DNA of 64,000 nucleotides from Chiloscyllium plagiosum (lineage: Eukaryota), in contig NC_057717.1 of the NCBI RefSeq assembly GCF_004010195.1, forward strand, positions 96,930,896 through 96,994,895, in the 5' to 3' direction. Every line of letters starts with the position of its first letter. The stretch's first letter is position 1. The translations under genes were made by a program, and so were the position numbers. Below the pieces are notes generated by a model. That model made no database searches, was not told the DNA's origin, and was given only the letters and a program-made list of their open reading frames with translations. Shown in pieces: positions 38,192 through 50,305 of this stretch.

Positions 38192-39222
38192 TGTACTGTA
38201 CCTTTAAGAGAGTTAAAAGCTATCTCAATGTAAACATGTGGTCCAGCTTCTGGGGTAGCTAGGGTAGCTGGTTGCCTGGAGACATAAACAGATTTGAATT
38301 AGGCCAATCAGTTTAAATATACCCCCCAAAGAAATACCAAACTCCAATCCAGTTTGATTTTAGTACATTGGCAATCTTAAAAGCCAATGACACAATCTGA
38401 TGCTTTGGGGGGTATAATGTCAGGGAAAATTGAACAGTTGGGAGGAGAACTGCCAAGCCAACAACATCTGCAAACAGCCCAGAGAATCGCTCTCTTAAAG
38501 GTACCTTTATCGATCAGTGACCTGTGAGGCAGAATCCCTAACATGAAGAAAAGAAGACCGGAATATAAAGAACCAAAAGCTGCCTGGTTTTGGGGTAAGA
38601 AGTTTTGTTTTGAAAATCTTAAGAGGGGTGGGGGGGCGGGGTTAATCGGACTAGTATTATAGAAGGGAAAGTTAAAGATGGGTTTGAGGAAGGAGTTGTA
38701 AATAGTTGTTAGTTAATTATTCTGTGTTATACTTTAAAAAATAAAGTTATTATTTTTACTTTACTTTTACTGGTCCTTGGCCTACTGAATTTTCAGAGAT
38801 TATTGCACGGGATAAATCTTTTCTGTGTTGCTGGGTTCCAATAAGCAGGAGGGTTTACCCAGTGTTGTAACAGTTTGAGAGCGCTATTTTTTGGGCTGTC
38901 CCTACATGCTGGCTTGGCAGTTCTTCTCCCAAATGTTCAATTTTCCTTGGTCTTCTACCCCCAAAGCATCGAATTGTGTCATTGTCTTTTAAGATTGTCA
39001 ATATACTAAGTTCAAACTGGATTGGAATTTGGTATTTTTGGGGGGTATAATTTAAACTGAGTGGCTTAATTTGAATCTGTTTTTGTCTCTAGGCAACCAG
39101 CTGCCCTAGCTACTCCAGTAGCTGGAGCACATGTTACATTGTATCTTACTGAGAACACTTGATGCTGTCACTGCTAGCTTTTAACTCTCTTAAAGGTACA
39201 GTACACCCACATCTTCATAACA
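38192..39222. mobile_element. LTR plus inverted partial copy of the same LTR family, inserted in a CR1
   Basis: 38192-38872 has CCAAT, TATA-like and AATAAA signals and ends tgtaaca. About 38907-39222 is the reverse complement of its first ~270 bp and ends cataaca. CR1 sequence continues on both sides (37990-38190, 39223-39522). Confidence 0.75.
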
Positions 39223-42200
39223 GTGGGTGGAAGTAGAACTGGGGTGTAGCCTCAAAAGAAGGGAGAGCAGATTTAAGACTGAGTTGAGGAGAAACTCCTT
39301 CATCCAAAGGGTTGTGAATCTGTGGAATTCCCCGCCCAGTGAAGTAGTTGAGGCTACCTCATTGAATGTTTTTAAGGCAAAAGTAAATTTTTGAACAGTA
39401 AAGGAATTAAGGGTTATGGTGGAGCTGACTCCACGAAAAGATCAGTCATGATCTTATTGAATGGCGGAGCAGGCTGGAGGGGTCAGATGGCCTACTTCTG
39501 CTCCTAGTTCCTTATGTTCTTATATCTAGCAGGAAATTGCTATGTAAACGTTCATATTATAATTGCACTCTCCCACCAGTGGTGACACTGCCGAGACCCT
39601 TCCCTCCTAGAATTTCTCATTTACCTCTGCCCTCTCTGTTGGGACTGTGCATGCAGTCAGTGCTGATCAGCAAATAAACAACTCCCCAGTTGTTTCAGGA
39701 GAGGGTGAGAGAGCAAATGAGGGGAAAAAATGTAACAAAACAGCATGACAGCAAACAGTACAACAAGCTTCACTGACAAGTGAGTGTTATACTCTTAGCA
39801 TTGAGAGGTCTGAATGTCCCATAATAGTTCCAGTTTCTCTCGACACTGCACTGAAAATCTTGATTCAAGCAGCTTTACACCCAAACTAATGTAAACTGTG
39901 ATGGTGACTGTACATTTCAGAAGTTTCTAAACCGTGACTTGCTACAATATTCATTTAAGAGGAACAGTCAGCTGGTGAACGAACCTCTGCCCATTCTGAC
40001 TCATTAAATCCCATCTTAAATTCTATGTTTAGCTAATCCTTATTTTTGTATTCAGATTTAGCAAATCCTAGCTTTCGGGTAAACACTCTGCAAATCCTGG
40101 CTTTGAAGCACTTACACTAATGGAAATTGGAAATTTATGCTTTGTTGAGGAGATATTCAACACCACAGTAACGTGGACTCAATCATAATTACCAGCAGAA
40201 CTGTGCTTGTGTCGTCGAGGTTCAGGAAAGAGGCCACTCAGTCCACCGCATAGGAGTGTTCTTCTCCACATACATCAGCTACAGATTTCAAATGGTCTCT
40301 GGTCTGACCATTCCCTGTGGTGAATGATCCCTTATTTCAGCAACTCTAAATCCTCCACCCCGATCATGGTTCATCCCCTTGGTCATCGAGCATCTCTACC
40401 TCTGCCTTAAACATTTCTACGTCCACTCTTGAGGAAGGGAATTCCAAACCCTCTGATTGAATACTTCCATTAGATGTGGGCTTCGCTAGTGAGGCCAGCA
40501 TTTATTAACCTCCCTCTAGACAATTAGGGATAGGTAAGAGTCAGCCACATTGTCTGGAGTTACATGTAGGCGAAAGTGAGGACTGCAGATGCTGGAGATT
40601 AGAGTCAAGAGTGTAGTGCTGGAAAAGCACAGGTCAGGCAGCATCCAAGGAGCAGGAAAGTCGACATTTCAGGCAAAAGCGCTTCATCAGGAATGTGGAG
40701 TGACATTGTAGGCCAGACCAGGTGAGGATCACAGATTTCCTTCCCTAAAAGACCAGATATACTCCTCAACAAAAATTATAGTCACTATTACTGAGACTGA
40801 CTTTACATTCCAAATTTATTCATTGAATTTTAAACTGAGAAGACTACAGTGGTGGGATTTGAACCCATCGATTCATGCAGAGGTCCAGATTAACACTGTG
40901 ACGTTATCAGTTGATCTTCTGTCGTATTTCCAGTTATGGTCAGTGATAAATTCATAAACATTAAAGGCCATCGACTGATCCAATGCGACCCTCTATTTAG
41001 ATTGAGAACTCTATTTTGTTCTGGCAACAGGAGCAGTGTGGACAAGCTACATCTCTTCCTCCTCTCTCCATGGCCCCTAAAACCAACACTCCCCCCAGTT
41101 CCTCACTGCGTGTGGTCTTTTCCTCACACTCCACAGTCCCTTTTGGATCATTCTGCAATCTTGTATGCACCAGGAAGGGGCTGGGTTCAGATCGTTAGAT
41201 TCCTGTGCTTTAAGACTTCAACGTTAGGGCAGCACAGTGGCTCACTGCTGCCTCACAGCGCCAGGGACCCAGGTTCAATTCCAGCCTCAGATGGCTGCCT
41301 GTGTGGAGTTTGCACAATCTCCCTTTGTCTGTGTGGGTTTCCTCCCACAGTCCAACAATTTGCAGGTTAGGGTAGAATGGCTATGCTAAATTGCCCATAG
41401 TGTCTGGGGATGTGCAGGCTAGGTGGGTTAGCCACAGGAAATGCAGGGTTACAGGGATAGGATAAGGAGATGGATCTAGGTAGGCCCCTCGTCAGAGGGG
41501 TAGTGTGCACTCAATGGGCCAAATGGCCTGCTCCCACACTGTAGGGATTCTACGATTCCTGCGCAGTCACCCCTACTCCCAGCTTAGAAGGAACTTTGCA
41601 TACACCCATGTGAAATATTACCCCTCTGATGCTGGCCTTTTGCACATTCCTGTGTGTGTGTGTACGCACATGCACGTAATGAACTGCCAGAGAAAGTGGT
41701 AGAAAAAGACACTTGGACAAGTTCATGAAGAGGAAGGGTTTGGCAGATGGGGCTAGTTTAGTTTGGGAACAAGGACTGGCTGGACCCAAGAGTCTGTTTC
41801 CATGCTGCGTGACTCTGTAACCAAAACCCTGCAGTCTGAAATTCTTCCCTTAAACCTCTTTCCTCCAGGACGTGTTCCCAAACTTCCATCTGCCATCTCT
41901 CCCACCACTTTGTGACTTATTTTAACAGGGGACAATGGATCAGCATTCACACTGCACCTGACCCTCTTCATTACCCAGGGTCCACTGGGGAAACAAACAT
42001 AGAATAGAATCCCCACAGTGTGGAAACAGGCCATTCGGCCCACCAAGTCCACACCGAACCTCTGAAGAGTAACCCATTCAGACCCATTCCCCTACCCTAG
42101 TACTCTATATTTACCCCTACCTCGTGCACCTAACCTACATATCCCTAGACACTATGGGCAATTTAGCACAGCCAATTCACCCTAACCTGCACATCTTTGG

Positions 42201-42559
42201 ACTGTGAGAGGAAACCGGAGCACCCGGAGGAAACCCAGCACAACAGTGGAGTCCAAGAGAAAATTGTGCACCCTTCCCTCCTCCTTTTCCTGTCCCCCAT
42301 CACCAAACCACCAGTCTCTATCCTGGGCAGTCGCTGAGTAAAAAAAAATATCATTTTGATTCAGCTACAGAGTACCTCGGGCCATGTTAGAAAGGACTCT
42401 GAATGCAGGGTGGTTTTTTACTACATTGAGGCTGGAAATGCAGCGACATACATCTAGCTCGGGGTTAACAAGAAACTGGAAGGGAACTTGAAGCTGAATT
42501 CAATCATGTGCTATTGTTCTCCTTTACAGAGATTGCTAGGATGGGAGAAACGACAAGAC

Positions 42560-43660
42560 AACATAGAATATTACGGCACAGTACAGGCCCTTCAGCCCTC
42601 GATGGTTTCACAGGTTGGCACAACAATCTGAAGCCCATCTAACCTACACAATTCCATTATCATCCATATGTTTATCCAATGACCATTTAAATTCTCGGAA
42701 AGTTAGCGAGTCCCCTGTTGCAGGCAGTGTGTTCCACATACTCTGAGTAAAGAACCTATCTCTGACATCTGTCCTATGTCTATCACCCCTCAATTTAAAA
42801 CAATGCTCCCTTGTGCTAGCCATCACCAGCCAAGGAAAAAGGCTCTCACTGTCCACCCTATCTAATCCTCTGATCATCTTGTATGCCTCTATTAAGTCAC
42901 CTGAAACTTCTCTCTAACGAAAACAGCCTCAAGTTCCTCAACCTTTCCTCATAAGACCTTCCCTTCATATCAGCCAACATCCTGGTAAATCTCTTCTGCA
43001 CCTTTTCCAATGTTTCCACATTCTTCTTAGAGTATTGTGTATAGTTCTGGTCTCCATATTATAAGTGCAGCCGCACAAGAGTTGTGTACAGCTGCAACAT
43101 GACCTCATGGCTCCGAAACTCAATCCCTCTACCAATGAAAACTAACACACCATACGCCTTCTTAACAACCATATCAACCTGGGTGGCAACTTTCAAGTAT
43201 CTATGTGCATAGACACAGATCACTCTGCTCATCTACACTACCAATCTTACCATTAGCCCAGTACTCTGTATTCCTGTGACTCCTTCCAAAGTGAATCACC
43301 TCACAGTTTTCCATATTAAACTCCATTTGCCACCTCTCAGCCCAGCTCTGCAGCTTATCTATGTCTCTTTGTAATCTGCAACATCCTTCTGCACTGTCCA
43401 CAACTCCACAGACTTTGGTGTGATCTGCAAATGCACTAACCCATCCTTCTATGCCCTCATCCAGGCCATTTATAAAAATGACAAACAGCAGTGGCCCAAA
43501 AACACATCCTTGCGATACACCATTAGTAACTGAACTCCAGGATGAACACTTCCCATCAACCACCACCCAGTCTTCTTTCAGCTGGCCAATTTCTGATCTG
43601 AACCATTAAATCACCCTCATCCCGTACCATTGTATTTTCTGCAATAGCCTACCGTGGGAG
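42560..43660 (-). mobile_element. CR1 LINE RT fragment
   Basis: VTNGVSQGCVFGPLLFVIFINGLD..FADHTK..WAERWQMEFN. Confidence 0.9.
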
Positions 43661-45303
43661 GGCAGACAGAATTTGCTGACCTTTTCTGAGGCCTGACTTT
43701 TAAAGCAGACCTTCCTCATGTTGTAATCTGCCCAAATTTCCTCCTCTCTGAATCACAGACCCCTTCAGGACTAGTTTCCCTGGGCGTTTGACTGGCTTAG
43801 GACTACTCCATTCCTTAGCCGACACAGCCTCCAAAGTCTCACCCTATCGTGGTGTAATCATGAAAAGGAACTCTACATTGCAAAGTTGGAAACTGCCGTC
43901 TGTCACGGAGTATGTTCTAAGCTCAGAGGTTTCTGTCATAATAAATTGTCAAAAGAAAAATAGGTCATTACATTTCATTGAAAAGTGATGCATTTAGCAA
44001 TCGCATTTGTGAGCAGTAGCAATATTTAAAGCTGTAATGACTAATTCATGAACCAAATAACAAGGGAATTAAAGGCTCAACTCCGCTGTGTGCCCGGAGA
44101 CTCTAGAATTGAAGTCGATGATAATAATGAATCCATTCCGCCATCTGGAAAGGCAATTATTGCAAAGTGCTCTTTGAAACATGACATGGTTAGTTAACAG
44201 AGGATTTCCTGCTTAAAGGGAGCAGAAGGTCATTGAGCTCTTTAATGTTCATTCATAAAATGATTGAAATAACCCAAATTACAGTTGCCCTGTCATAATA
44301 CCTCGATAAATCTAACGGCATTATTTGAAGAGCTGGTGGGAAGGCCTCTCTTTCGGTCTCTCCAGTGTCCTGGCTGATATTCATCCCACCATCCACATCA
44401 CAAAGACGGATAAGGCGGCTATTATTGCAACGGTGTTTGCCAGCCCATTGCGTTCCCTACATTCCAGAGACCAGCTACACTTCATAAAGTACCCTGTCAA
44501 GATTGTTGGCTCGTCCAGAGATGGTGGAAGGCACTATCTAAATGCAAACCCTTCCAACAAGCTGGCTCGAGGCAATCCTCAGTGGGGTTCTCCTAACTCC
44601 GCTGCCTTTCATTCCCATGACGGGGAGTCATCCTGGTTCTTTGAAGTACAGTGCCTAATTGAAGCCAAAATTATCAGCACTCTTCATGCCTTGAATTCAC
44701 ATCCCCAAGAGGCAGAGCTGGTTTGAGGCTGTCCAGACATATTTCACTTGGGACTTTAACAACCAAAGACTACCCTTCATTATAATTACAGAAGAGTAAG
44801 TGCAAACTATTAATGTACAGTTACATTTTGACTTGCTAATTATAACCATGGTTTATTCATTAAGCATCATTAAGAATGATTTTCAAAGGTATTTTTCTTT
44901 TGCCTTGTATACAGCTCTGACAAAATCATATCTTGCATTGGCATTCCCATTAAATTCCATCCCTTCCTTTCCCAGGCACAAAAACTAAGATTCTCGACCA
45001 CCCCACCTTCCCGAGGGATATGCCCCTTAGAATGAGGGTTGCTTCTTAAACCCCAACATTGGGAAGATGCCTTGTCCACTCTCAGTAGATATAGGAAGCC
45101 TCAGTCAGAAAGTTAGAGGTCTACTCCCGAGTCCCAAAGCACTGAATCAAGACACACATTGACAAATAAAGAGATTCATTTAATTCAGTTCAAAAACTTG
45201 CCACGGTAGGATCTGAAGTCTGGGATTGCTAGTCCATTACTGAAACAAAACAACCATATTCACAGTGCGAGCCTTCAGTAAACCCTCTCCTTCACTACAA
45301 CGT

Positions 45304-45708
45304 TCAGCTTAGTGTGGTGAATAGCAGCAGCGCCAGTGCAAGGCAGGGGAGGACCTGCCGCGGATCCCACTGCCGATTGGACAAGTTGCTCCCGAAGACT
45401 ACCTTGTGCGGTCGCTGCTTTTTCCACTTGCGTCTCCGTTCCCACTTCCCCGCCGATTCCCGCCTGGAGTTGCGGTTGACGGAGTGCCTGATTTTCTTGC
45501 AGGACAGGGTGGGCTTAGGGGGCATTTGGACGGGAAGGAACGGCTTCCCCGCCAGGAGGGTGCGGGTTTCCACCCAGTCCAGGTAGTGGGCGTACCTGGT
45601 GAACAGGGCGGTGTAGTTGCACCACTGTTTGCAGAAGCTTGCAGCTCCGGCTATGATCCAAACCTTCGTGCGCTTGTCCTGGCATTCGAGTGGGGCTCCG
45701 TAACCTCC
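45304..45708 (-). CDS. Trypsin-fold pseudoprotease (PRSS54/55-like) exon 5, terminal
   Basis: tttctacttag|GGA GGT TAC GGA GCC CCA gives GGYGAPLECQDKRTKVWIIAGAASF..LFTRYAHYLDWVETRTLLAGKPF.., a basic stalk, then VLPCLALALLLFTTLS*. ATTAAA at 45184-45179. Confidence 0.9.
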   Translation of the reverse strand, partial: GGYGAPLECQDKRTKVWIIAGAASFCKQWCNYTALFTRYAHYLDWVETRTLLAGKPFLPVQMPPKPTLSCKKIRHSVNRNSRRESAGKWERRRKWKKQRPHKVVFGSNLSNRQWDPRQVLPCLALALLLFTTLS

Positions 45709-46269
45709 CTAAGTAGAAAGAAAAACTGGAACCAATATCACTGCAATTACTTGGAGCGTTCATAGTCATAGAGCCAAGTGATAGCCTCAGCAGTAGCTCT
45801 TTAAGTCTGTGTTTTAGTTCAGACAGTGCACATTTCTTGACTATCTGAGCCCCTGCTTGGACAATACCATATTGGCGGCCCCATTAATGTCAGCGGCTTG
45901 GCTGACTGCAACCATTTAGTTGTTGCCTTTCTCAATGACAGTGAAAACCATTCCAGCACTGACCTTCACGAGTGTGACTCAGCAGATAACCATCAATACC
46001 CCATGGCTGTGGGCATCTGCTGTAGGAGTCTACACTGACAAGAAATTCAAATCGGGGGGGGGTGGGGGTGGGAGTACAAATTACGTTCCATTCTTTCTCA
46101 ACATCTATCCTCGAGAACGTATGAAACCTCATGAATCTTCTTTGATTATCTCTGAAATCAGGACAGAGAGACAATATCCGTAGGTCATTTCCTTCAGAAG
46201 ATCCAAGATTAAGGAATAGTCTATATGGCCAATGAAAGGAATGGATTAAATGACTTTAAAAACAAAACT

Positions 46270-47070
46270 AGAGTCGTACGGCACAGAAACAGACCCTTCG
46301 GCCCAACTCGTCCATGCCGAGCGGTTTTCCTAAATTAGACTAGTCTTGTCTGCCTACATTTGGCCTTCTAAAATTTTCTTACCATGTACCTGTCCAGGCG
46401 GCTTTGAACGTTGTAATTGTACCATCCTCCACCACTTCCTCTGGTAGTTAATTCCATACTCTGGGAGAAAACGTTGCCCCTCAGGTCCCTTTTAAATCTT
46501 TTCCCTCTCACTTTAAACCTATGACCTCTAGTTCTGGACTCCCCCACACCAGGGGAAAAGCTATTTAAGCTGCCCCTCATGATTTTATAAAATTCTATTC
46601 TATGAAATAAAGGTCATCCCTCAACCTCTGGACTCTCCAGTGAAAACAGCCCAGCCTATTCAGCCTCTCCCTATCGCTCAAACCCTTCAGTTTTTGTAAG
46701 GATTTTTATGCAGCCTTTCCAGTTTAACAACATCCTTCCTATAGCAGGGAGAACAGAATTGTCCACAGTGCTTCAGAAATGGCCTGGCCAATGTCTCGTA
46801 CAGGTGTAATATGGCACCCCAACTCCTAAATTCAATGCTTTGACTAAGGCAGACTCCCCTTCACTGCTATGTCTACCTGTGAAGGAACTATGTACCTGCA
46901 CCCAGAGACCCCTCTGTTCGACAACGTTAGGGCCCTGGGGAGTGTTAAGTGTATAAATTGTGCCCTGGTTTGCCTTACCAAAATGTAACACCTCGCACTC
47001 ATCTAAATTAAACTCCATCCTCCACTCCTCAGCCTACAGGCCCAGTTGATCAAAATCCTGATGTATTCTT
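46270..47070 (-). mobile_element. Degenerate CR1 3' fragment
   Basis: MEFNLDECEVLHFG..; GESRTRGHRFKVRG. Confidence 0.82.
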
Positions 47071-47624
47071 CTAATAACCTCAATGTTCTAGACCAACAAG
47101 TTCCCTTTAATCCAACATTTCTTGGTCTGGGCCATGGTGACAGAAGGGGTACTGCAACCAGCCTCAGTACTCTGCAATCAGAGGAGAATCAAAACTAGTA
47201 TGGGGACTCCTGAGGGTTTTTCTCTGCAAGAAGCACACAATTGGTTTCAGCTGCCTCCAAAATTGCTCCAAACTCAATTTCTCTAATTGAGAAATCCACC
47301 TGCCTAGATTCAGAGATGAAAAAGTGTCACTTGGATAAGTTTCTGCCGGTTTACTGAGAACTGTAGCAATCATATTGAGAAAGGAGGAACAAACAATAGG
47401 AGAAGCAAGCCATTTGTTCCTTCAAGCCTGCTCTGTCATTCAGTAAGATCTTGTTCTTAGATACATCATCCCACATTATCTCCACATCCCTTTATATCCC
47501 CAAATATCTAGTAAGCTCTCACTTGAATACTCCATGTTTGGGTATCCAGAGACCTTTGGGATAGAGAATTTAAGATTCTTAACCCATTGTGTGAAGATAT
47601 TTTACCTCCGGTCATGGAGAGGAG

Positions 47625-48780
47625 ATTCGAAATCCTTGAAGGTGGAGTCGCAGGTAGAGTAGTGAAGATGGCGTTTGGTACGTTGGCCTTTATTAGTCAG
47701 TGCATTGAGTTGGGAGGCCATGTTAGGGCTGCACAGGACTGTGTGTGCAATTCTTGTCTCCCTCCTATTGGAAGGATGTTATGAAACGTGAATGGGTTCA
47801 GAAAAGATTTACAAGGATGTTGCCCGGGTTGGAGGGTTTGAGCTACAGGGAGAGGCTGAATAAGCTGGGGCTATTTTCCCTGGAGTGTTGGAGACTGAGA
47901 GGTGATCTTATAGAGGTTTATAAAATCATGAGGGGCTTGGATAGAGTGAATAACCGGAGGTCTTTTCCCTAGGATATGGGAGTCCAAATCTAGACGGCAT
48001 AGGTTTAAGGCGAGAGGGGAACATTTAAAAGGTACCTAAGGGACAACTTTTTCATGCAGAGGGTGGTGCATGTATGGAATAAACTGCTAGAGGAAGTGGT
48101 TGAGGCTGGTACAATTATAACATTTAAAAGGCATCAAATGGGTATATGAATAGGAAGGGCTTAGAGGTGCGCCCACACCTCCTCCCTCACCTCTATCCAA
48201 GGCCCTAAAGGAGCCTTCCACATACAAAGTTTCACTTGCATATCCACTAAGATCATTTATTGCATCCGTTACTCCCGATGCGGTCTCCTCTACATTGGGG
48301 AGACTGGGCGCCTCCTAGCAGAGCGCTTTAGGGAACATCTCCGGGACACCCGGACCAATCAACCACACTGCCCTGTGGCCCAACATTTCAACTCCCCCTC
48401 CCACTCTGCCGAGGACATGGAGATCCTGATCTCCTTTTCCACCTATCCACTCCACCCTCTCCTCCCTGACCTATCACCTTCATCCCCTCTCCCACTCACC
48501 CATTGTACTCTATGCTACTTTCTCCCCACCCCCACCTTCCTCTAGGTTATCTCTCCACGCTTTAGGCTCACTGCCTTTATTCCTGATGAAGGGCTTTTGT
48601 CCGAAACGTCGATTTCGCTGCTCCTTGGATGCTGCCTGAACTGCTGTGCTCTTCCAGCACCACTAATCCAGAAGTTAGAGGGATATGGGCCAAGTGCTGG
48701 CAAATGGGACAAGATTAATTTTGGACAGCTGGTTGATGTGGACAAATTGGACCAAAGGCTCTGTTTCTGTGCTGTACACT
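47625..48780 (+). mobile_element. CR1 3' fragment with a nested Penelope family A piece (about 48168-48674)
   Basis: VQKRFTRMLPGLEGLSYRERL. The nested part has IIYCIRYSRCGLLYIGETGR and the core CTGATGA-AGGGC-TTTT-GTCC-GAAA-CGTC at 48583-48610. ttagagg is duplicated at its ends. Confidence 0.85.
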
Positions 48781-49775
48781 AATGATTTTCTCTCAGAATA
48801 AGGGTTTGACTGTAAGCCTGAGGCAGTGTCCTGTTGTTCTACATTCTACAGCTGGGATAGGGGAAAACATATTTCCAGGATCTCAGAGTCACACTTATAA
48901 TCAAGGAAGCCAATTTGAGATCAGAATAAGTTTTTCTTGATAGAGTAGATAAGGGAGAAATTGTTCCTAATCATAAACATGGCAGCACAGTGGTTAGCAC
49001 TGCTGCCTCACAGCGCCAGAGACCCAGGTTCGATTCCCGCCTCGGGCAACTGTCTATGTGGAGTTTGCACATTCTCCCCATGTCCGTGTGGGTTTCCTCT
49101 GGGTGCTCCGGTTTCCTCCCACAGGCTAAAATGTGCAGGTCAGGTGAATTAGCTATGCTGAATTGCCCGGAGTGTTAGGTGAAGGAGTAAAATGTAGGGG
49201 AACGGGTCTGGGTGGGTTGCTCTTCGGAGGGTCGGTGTGGACTTGTTGGGCTGAAGGACCTGTTTCCATAATAACTAATCTAATCTAATCATAAAAGGGG
49301 TCAAGAACAAGAGGTTACAACTTTAGGGTAATGTGCAAAACCCTGTCTCATGATTAGAAAATAGAGGGAGATTCAATTGACCCCTTCAAGAAGGCATTTG
49401 ATAGCAATATCAAATGGAACCAATGTGCAAGGTTATTGATAGGGGAAGGAGATTAGCAGTAATTCACAATGCTCATGTGGAGAGCAGGGACCACCTCCTG
49501 TACCAGCACAGTTCTGTGATTCTATGGGGCATTGGTTTAGTTCAGTTGGCTGGGTTGTTTCTTGAAGCAAAGTAATACCAAGAGCGTGGGTTCCATTCCC
49601 GCACCGGCTGAAGTTACCAGTGGAAGGACTCAACCTTTCCTGTTGCCGGAGGTTGCAGTGGGCCTCAGGTTAAACCACCACCCAATCGTCTCTCTGGAAT
49701 GAGAGCGCAGCCCTTTAGTGACCCGTCACCTGTAGCTCACTTGACAGAAGACACAGCACTGTAAACAAGTTTTAC

Positions 49776-49924
49776 CATACACAAAGACTGCTTCTTGTCC
49801 CAGTTCGTCACGCAAATCAGATTTTTCCTCAGGTTCTGCGGGTAGAACTTCTCACAGGTTGCAAGTGTCTGATGTCCGACATTCTGCTTCACCATGTGGT
49901 AGATCGGAGGCATGGGACCTTGAG
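49776..49924 (-). CDS. Pseudoprotease exon 4
   Basis: tgtgcaaag|CT CAA...TGT ATG|gtaaaa, 149 nt, phase 1 to 0. Encodes (A)QGPMLPIYHMVKQNVGHQTLATCEKFYPQNLRKNLICVTNWDKKQSLCM. Confidence 0.88.
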
Positions 49925-50305
49925 CTTTGCACAGAAAGCAAACATGGTTAAAACCTTAGGAAAACCAGCTCCATTTCAGGCTGAGCCTAACTCAGCAAAA
50001 CTGCTGAGTTTAAGCACACAAGGACAAAAATTGGAATGTCGTACGAGATTTATTCTTCAGTACTTTCCAAACCACCTGTTCAGGGGTGCTATTGCACATC
50101 TCTGGAGCAGGCAAGACCTTACCTCTAGACCAGGGGATCCAGGTTAAGGACACTACCACTGCGAAACAAGCACCTCAAAAGCAAAAGGTTCTCAGATATG
50201 CACTGAAGGCAAGCCCATAAGCTGATTTGGATTGTCCCATTGCCTTTGTACTCTTCCCATTTTGTAACTATTTCTTCAGTAATTATCAGACATCATCTTG
50301 AGGCA

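Noticed and set aside
39563-39592. CTCF-like ccaccagtggtgac
   Set aside because: Poor match in the 3' half of the consensus; likely chance.
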